Positions 35,838-40,001 of a DNA stretch of 40,001 nucleotides are shown in pieces (position 1 is the stretch's first letter; each line of letters starts with the position of its first letter). The stretch lies in the IMG/VR virus record IMGVR_UViG_3300035003_000006, positions 1 through 40,001 of that record; one strand, given 5' to 3'. The notes below the pieces were generated by a model, which saw only the letters and a list, made by a program, of their open reading frames with translations, searched no databases and was not told the origin of the DNA. Origin of the DNA: a virus (Duplodnaviria; Caudoviricetes). The translations under genes were made by a program, and so were the position numbers.

Positions 35838-36173
35838 CTACTTCAAGCGACGCTGAGAATTATCAGTACCGCGTAGCGGTGAGGGTGTTGATTTAGGTAG
35901 AAAACAGACAATAACGGTAATGCACCACCAAACCACCACGGGGAAGAGACCGCCCTCCTTTATCCAGTCTAGGCCAAAAACAGGCTGGAAGTTACGCGCC
36001 CACACGACGAGCACGAAACCAAAAACCGATATACCTAAGAGAATTGTAAACCAGTCGCCATCTAGCTTGTGCCAGGGGACCAGTTGGCGACGGCTTTTCA
36101 GGTACCAAGCCACAGCACACATCGTCCATACGGTAGGACTATACAGAAACGCCTTTGCTGCTACCTCGTACAT
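35838..36173 (-). CDS. Three-TM membrane protein (likely start 36173)
   Basis: 111 aa hydrophobic ORF between the two ATPase genes. Confidence 0.7.
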   Translation of the reverse strand: MYEVAAKAFLYSPTVWTMCAVAWYLKSRRQLVPWHKLDGDWFTILLGISVFGFVLVVWARNFQPVFGLDWIKEGGLFPVVVWWCITVIVCFLPKSTPSPLRGTDNSQRRLK

Positions 36174-36181
36174 CCCGCCCC

Positions 36182-37291
36182 CTACATGAAATTGCGGCGC
36201 ATTGTCTCTTCGATGTACGGGCGGCTCTCTGGGAATCGCTCCGGGTCGAAAGACACAACCGTAACGTCTCTGTCCCCCTTGCGCCATGGGAATTTTCGGT
36301 AGGTGAAGTCAGGCAAGTCTTCGAGATTTACCGACAGTGCGTTTTCAGGGAACCACTTTTGATAGCGCCGAGCGTCATCGTCAGATACCCGGAAGACGTG
36401 GCTCTCAGCGTTCCCTTTGAGCGCGTCAAACAGCTCGTTGTCTAGCTGACTGGCAAACTGGTTGATGCACACCAGGTTGACGTGGAACTTACGGATGCCG
36501 GTGAGCATCTCTTGGAGGATGTCCGGTGCCCACGTATGGCACTCATCGGCCACGATGTAGAACGGGGTGGTGGTGGTGCGGGACAGTGCCGCGACCTGGG
36601 TGAGTGCGAGTAGCATGTTCCCTACCAGCCGCACATTCTCGTCTCCCAGCGCTCCCGTAGGTAGCCGGGCGATCAGGATTTTGTTGTTTAGGACAACATC
36701 AAACAGGTCGAGTTTTGTCTTTTGGCTATCAAAGACACGAGAAAGGTCATCGTCGGCACGGAGTTGGTAGAACTTATTGTAGGTTGATTTTATTAGCTCC
36801 CATTGATCTCTGGCTTTGAGTGTGCTCATAAAGTCCCAATGTTCTTTTCCGGCACGGTTAAGCATCGTACTAGTGAATGTGTCTCTTACCGCTTGGTCGG
36901 TAAGGAATGGCGGGATGTCCAAGACGGTGCCCTGTCCGATAAGAGCGAGGACGGAAGCGTGTACGGTCATGTCCATGTTGGCGGTAGCAGCGTCAGGCAT
37001 TTTGGCGAGTGAGCGGACCATCGCCACGAACGCTTTAGCGGTGAGGGAATTGTATTGTGGCTGTACGTCAAAGGGGTTCCACTTAAGCGGAAACTCGTAC
37101 GGGTCGAATAGTAGTGTTTCCTTGCGCCGTGATTTCGGAATAGTGTCGAGTAGGTCAGTGGCGTCCTCGCCATGCTTGTCGAGGAATAGTAAGCCGCATC
37201 CCGCGCGTATCGCGGAATTGATAAGGTGTTTGGCGTGTGTGCTCTTGCCCGTCCCTGTGCTGCCTAGAATGTGGGTGTGCGCCATAACCAC
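36182..37291 (-). CDS. Soluble VirD4/TraG/HerA-like ATPase
   Basis: HTHILGSTGTGKST Walker A, LDKHG, YIVADE Walker B, RKF...NQ..SQL and FRVS.DDA. Confidence 0.9.
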   Translation of the reverse strand: MVMAHTHILGSTGTGKSTHAKHLINSAIRAGCGLLFLDKHGEDATDLLDTIPKSRRKETLLFDPYEFPLKWNPFDVQPQYNSLTAKAFVAMVRSLAKMPDAATANMDMTVHASVLALIGQGTVLDIPPFLTDQAVRDTFTSTMLNRAGKEHWDFMSTLKARDQWELIKSTYNKFYQLRADDDLSRVFDSQKTKLDLFDVVLNNKILIARLPTGALGDENVRLVGNMLLALTQVAALSRTTTTPFYIVADECHTWAPDILQEMLTGIRKFHVNLVCINQFASQLDNELFDALKGNAESHVFRVSDDDARRYQKWFPENALSVNLEDLPDFTYRKFPWRKGDRDVTVVSFDPERFPESRPYIEETMRRNFM

Positions 37292-37917
37292 AGCACCACC
37301 AGACCAGTAGAGCCGCGTGTGGTGGCACGGTTATCTGGTGGATGGTTCTGTGGTTAAGGAACAAGTCCAAGTTGAATTGTACCGTGTCTTTTAGAACTGT
37401 CCCCCGAAACGTGTCCTAGCGATAGCGCCGTGACCAACCACGTTTAGCAGCCGCAGTCTTCACGGTAGGGAAGCAAGGTTGGAAACGTGGTTGGTCACGG
37501 CGTGTAGCCGGGGACACGTTGAGGGGGAAGCGTTGTATCTCCTGGCCTCCGGCCGGAAATAGCCTCTACCAACATACGTCAGTGTATAAGTGAGCGGTTT
37601 TGGTATATGTGTGGTATAGTTGTAGTGTCGTTGGTTGATGGGGGAGCCGCTAGGCAATTGTTTTGAGGTGACGTACAGCCTTCGTTGGTCAAAAGGCCAA
37701 CAAAGTCACTTCCCCACCAGCCCGCGACGCATTGTTAGTAGAGTAGAGTGGTGGCGGTAGGGTAGTGAAAAATAGGGCATCGGGCTACCTATGCCAGCAC
37801 ACCCACTGATATACATGATGTTGCAATCTGTATGGAAATACTCTAGCGATCGTTTCCTACGATTCTTACGTACTCGGAACACCGGGTCTATCGCGCCCAC
37901 TCTACCCTGCTTGCAAT
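37285..37917 (+). other. Non-coding array of long stem-loops (ssDNA origin/promoter or ncRNA)
   Basis: Perfect 20 bp inverted repeat 37426-37445/37483-37502 plus three further multi-stem domains. Confidence 0.75.
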
Positions 37918-38043
37918 ATGTTTAAATTTAGAGATTTTTTAGCTGCGCCGTTTTATCTACTAGGGATAATGTTTTTGTACCTGGCTGTGTCTGTAGGTGG
38001 TAGGTGGACGGCAGAAAGGGTGCGTGAGTTCTTGAATAGGTAA
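37918..38043 (+). CDS. 41 aa single-TM peptide, not in ORF track
   Basis: MFKFRDFLAAPFYLLGIMFLYLAVSVGGRWTAERVREFLNR; ends at a hairpin. Confidence 0.55.
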   Translation: MFKFRDFLAAPFYLLGIMFLYLAVSVGGRWTAERVREFLNR

Positions 38044-38073
38044 AGGGCGGCTCCAGTTAGGATGCCGCCCCTT
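38043..38073. terminator. Hairpin between convergent genes
   Basis: GGGCGGC...GCCGCCC stem with inner TCC/GGA pairing. Confidence 0.6.
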
Positions 38074-38078
38074 GTCGT

Positions 38079-38516
38079 CTATGCAGCCATGTAGTGACCC
38101 TTGCTAGGAGTGGTGATCTTCCCCTCCTTGGTCAAAGCCGCCACGGCATTGCTGATGCTCTGCTCAGCCGCCTTGTCGGTAGCACCCATCGCAGTGAGCA
38201 AGTCCTTCCGGCTGATGCCGTCCTTGTTCTCCGCGATCTTGGCGAGCACCGCTTCACGTACGCCTGCTTTGCGAGGCTTCCGGGTACCAGTGGAAACACG
38301 GGGCTTCTTCGCCTTCGGTTCCACCGTTGCCGGGTGCGGGTTGAAGTAGCTCTCGATGCGGTCGAGCTTGCCGTCAATGACAGCGAGCTCTTCATCGATG
38401 GCGGCGCGACGTGCTTCCACTTCCTCGCGTTGCTTGGTGAGCTGTTCTTTAGCCCTTTGCATGAAGGCGTCGGGGTCTTCTTCCTTGCGGGCCTTGGCGG
38501 TTGCTACTTCGGACAT
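38079..38516 (-). CDS. Coiled-coil plus C-terminal winged-helix DNA-binding protein
   Basis: Heptad N-terminus, K/R/P-rich linker, then REAVL..I....GISRKDLL...SISNAVAAL.KEGKI....GHY; AGGAGG SD. Confidence 0.8.
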   Translation of the reverse strand: MSEVATAKARKEEDPDAFMQRAKEQLTKQREEVEARRAAIDEELAVIDGKLDRIESYFNPHPATVEPKAKKPRVSTGTRKPRKAGVREAVLAKIAENKDGISRKDLLTAMGATDKAAEQSISNAVAALTKEGKITTPSKGHYMAA

Positions 38517-38580
38517 GGTGCCTCCTGTGTGTGCTAGTCCAGTGGGTATGGTACTACACCAAGGAGATGGTATGATGGAA

Positions 38581-38650
38581 GGGCGATGTACCTAGGTGGG
38601 CATCGTTCTCTCTGAAAACGCTGAAAGCCTCGTGTCGCGCGAGGCTTTTT
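38581..38650 (+). ncRNA. Candidate ~70 nt small RNA
   Basis: TGgTATGAT at 38568-38576; hairpin 38581-38608; terminator AAAGCCTCG/CGAGGCTTT followed by a T run. Confidence 0.45.
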
Positions 38651-38658
38651 GCGTGCAT

Positions 38659-38694
38659 GAAAAAGGGGAGCCGGAACGATGCCCGGCTCCCCTT
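38659..38694 (-). terminator. Terminator after int-alpA
   Basis: 12 bp stem AAGGGGAGCCGG/CCGGCTCCCCTT ending in a T run. Confidence 0.85.
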
Positions 38695-38705
38695 GCCCCT
38701 AAAAC

Positions 38706-38897
38706 TTAGGAGCTTTCGCGTGCGCTGATGCGTAGCTGCAACCAGGTAACCACTTCATCCTTCACCCACCCAACCCTCGCTTGCCCCAGGCGCACCCGTT
38801 TAGGAAACTCTCCTTTGGCTTCGAGGCGGTCGATGTGAGCTGGGGAATAGAGCACCAGGTCACGCACTTCACGCTTTGTGAGTAGTATTTTCATCAC
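38706..38897 (-). CDS. alpA: AlpA-family excisionase/regulator
   Basis: LL.KREV...V.YS..HI.RLE..G.FPKRVRLG..RVGW...EV..W. Confidence 0.92.
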   Translation of the reverse strand: MMKILLTKREVRDLVLYSPAHIDRLEAKGEFPKRVRLGQARVGWVKDEVVTWLQLRISARESS

Positions 38898-38927
38898 GGA
38901 AACTCCCGCAGTGGGAGCTAGCCGCGA

Positions 38928-40001
38928 CTAGCCCGGTTGGTGCCCAGGCGAGGGGACTGTAGCCGAAATGACTGGGGTTATCCAGTTCTCAAATGCAGTG
39001 ACCGCGCGGCGCATCTCATCGATGTATTGATACCTGTTATAAGTGCGAGCTACCCCGGATATCTGCCCGGTAGCGTGGTTGAGAAGGGCCTCAATGATGT
39101 GAGGCGGGGTGCCAAGCTGGGCGTGTACTGTAGCGTAGGTACGCCGAAGGTCGTGTAGCGTCCATTTTGCCACTTTAGAGGCGGTATCAAGCCTCGCCTT
39201 AGACTTTCCCCATCCTACCCATTTAAGAGGCGTATCGAGTAGATTTACTGCTAATCCAGGGACAGGAAAGGTGTGGGTGCGTTTGTTTTTCGTATGCTCG
39301 GCGGCAATGGTCACTAGATCATCGGCTAGTACCATGTGCTCCACTTCCCCGCGCCGTTGTCCTGTGAGCATGAGCACCTTCACTATCCTGCCGAAGTCAT
39401 CGTCTGGACAGGCGTGCCAGATAGCTTTGAGCTCGTCGGGGGTGAGTACACGCTCCCGGCTGTCGTTCTTCGCTGGGGTGGTGAGCTTCTCAGTCGGGGC
39501 GTCATCAATGAGATGCTGCTCGACGCACCAGTTGAAGAACCGTCGCAGGGTGACGAAGGCGTAGCGCTGCTCCATCGGCCCCTCAAAGCGCTTGAGCTGC
39601 TTGAGCACGTCCCTGGGGGTGATGTCAGCGAGGTTGCTGCGTCCCCAGTCCATGCGGTTGAGGCGGGAGCGGTAGCCTGCCAGCGTTGACGGTCTCACCG
39701 TCGCTTCACTGAGGAACCGCGTGCGGGCGTCCTCGTAGGCGAGGAAGCGGGGCTTGGTCTTCCCTAGCGTCTTCTCAGCGAGGAGCCTCTTCGCCTCGGT
39801 GCGGGCTTCTGCGAGGCTGATGATAGGGTAGCGGCCGATGGTGTGCCGTCTCCCTTTGCCGATAAGGACCAGGAACGTCTTGCTCTGCTTCCCTACCCGG
39901 ACACCGAACCCGCGCGGCGCAGTGTCCCAGATCATCGTGTGCCCGGCAGGTGGGTTGGGGGCGGAACGAATGGCGATGTCGGTGATGGCCTTTTGCACCA
40001 T
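38928..40001 (-). CDS. int: Tyrosine integrase, P4-like with arm-binding domain
   Basis: WD...GFGVRV...SKTF arm domain; TGQRRGE, KN, HDLRRT, LNH and YNRY catalytic motifs. Confidence 0.97.
   Translation of the reverse strand: MVQKAITDIAIRSAPNPPAGHTMIWDTAPRGFGVRVGKQSKTFLVLIGKGRRHTIGRYPIISLAEARTEAKRLLAEKTLGKTKPRFLAYEDARTRFLSEATVRPSTLAGYRSRLNRMDWGRSNLADITPRDVLKQLKRFEGPMEQRYAFVTLRRFFNWCVEQHLIDDAPTEKLTTPAKNDSRERVLTPDELKAIWHACPDDDFGRIVKVLMLTGQRRGEVEHMVLADDLVTIAAEHTKNKRTHTFPVPGLAVNLLDTPLKWVGWGKSKARLDTASKVAKWTLHDLRRTYATVHAQLGTPPHIIEALLNHATGQISGVARTYNRYQYIDEMRRAVTAFENWITPVISATVPSPGHQPG

Larger units (their letters stand above)
1..40001 (-). mobile_element. Temperate siphophage/prophage with integrase and relaxase-coupling protein module; boundaries lie outside the window
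   Basis: Ordered terminase, portal, protease, capsid, neck, tail and lysis genes plus ERF/SSB/RusA and a tyrosine integrase; no host housekeeping genes; att sites not visible. Confidence 0.95.

Noticed and set aside
11838-39689. Many plus-strand ORFs in the track (e.g. 16732-17262, 30647-31345, 32471-33181, 33429-34109)
   Set aside because: They are antisense shadows of well-supported minus-strand genes and show no motifs.
1-40001. Stop-codon recoding (code 15 or 25) as in some CPR and gut phages
   Set aside because: Long genes are intact in code 11, and TAG, TGA and TAA all end genes directly before the next start.
1-40001. CRISPR array, tRNA, rRNA, or DGR/retron reverse transcriptase
   Set aside because: No regularly spaced repeats, cloverleaf or RT motifs were seen.
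38898-40001. Attachment site near the integrase
   Set aside because: The window ends at the integrase start codon, so no att core or host junction is visible.

Overview
The whole window is one integrated, or integration-competent, tailed siphophage genome of about 40 kb, with almost all genes on the minus strand. Read in the direction of transcription (right to left) it contains: a P4-type tyrosine integrase with an AlpA excisionase; a coiled-coil/winged-helix DNA-binding protein; about 630 bp of highly structured non-coding DNA; two VirD4/TraG-like coupling ATPases, a small membrane protein, a Replic_Relax (MOBC-like) relaxase and a TOPRIM-less primase fragment; DUF932; a complete HK97-type head and non-contractile tail operon with a -1 frameshifted tail chaperone; holin/amidase lysis genes; and early genes (ERF, SSB, RusA, many small ORFs). 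A BstYI-like type II restriction-modification pair is inserted on the plus strand. The most unusual feature is a full virion phage carrying a conjugative-type mobilisation kit without any mating-pair genes, and showing two expression styles. Virion, lysis and early genes appear leaderless (-10 box 6-9 nt before ATG) and look Patescibacteria/CPR-like. The integration module is Shine-Dalgarno-led and looks alphaproteobacterial. This suggests, as an untested hypothesis, a phage that moves between two cell types through a type IV secretion contact. Family and lineage assignments come from motif recognition and recall; no database search was run.
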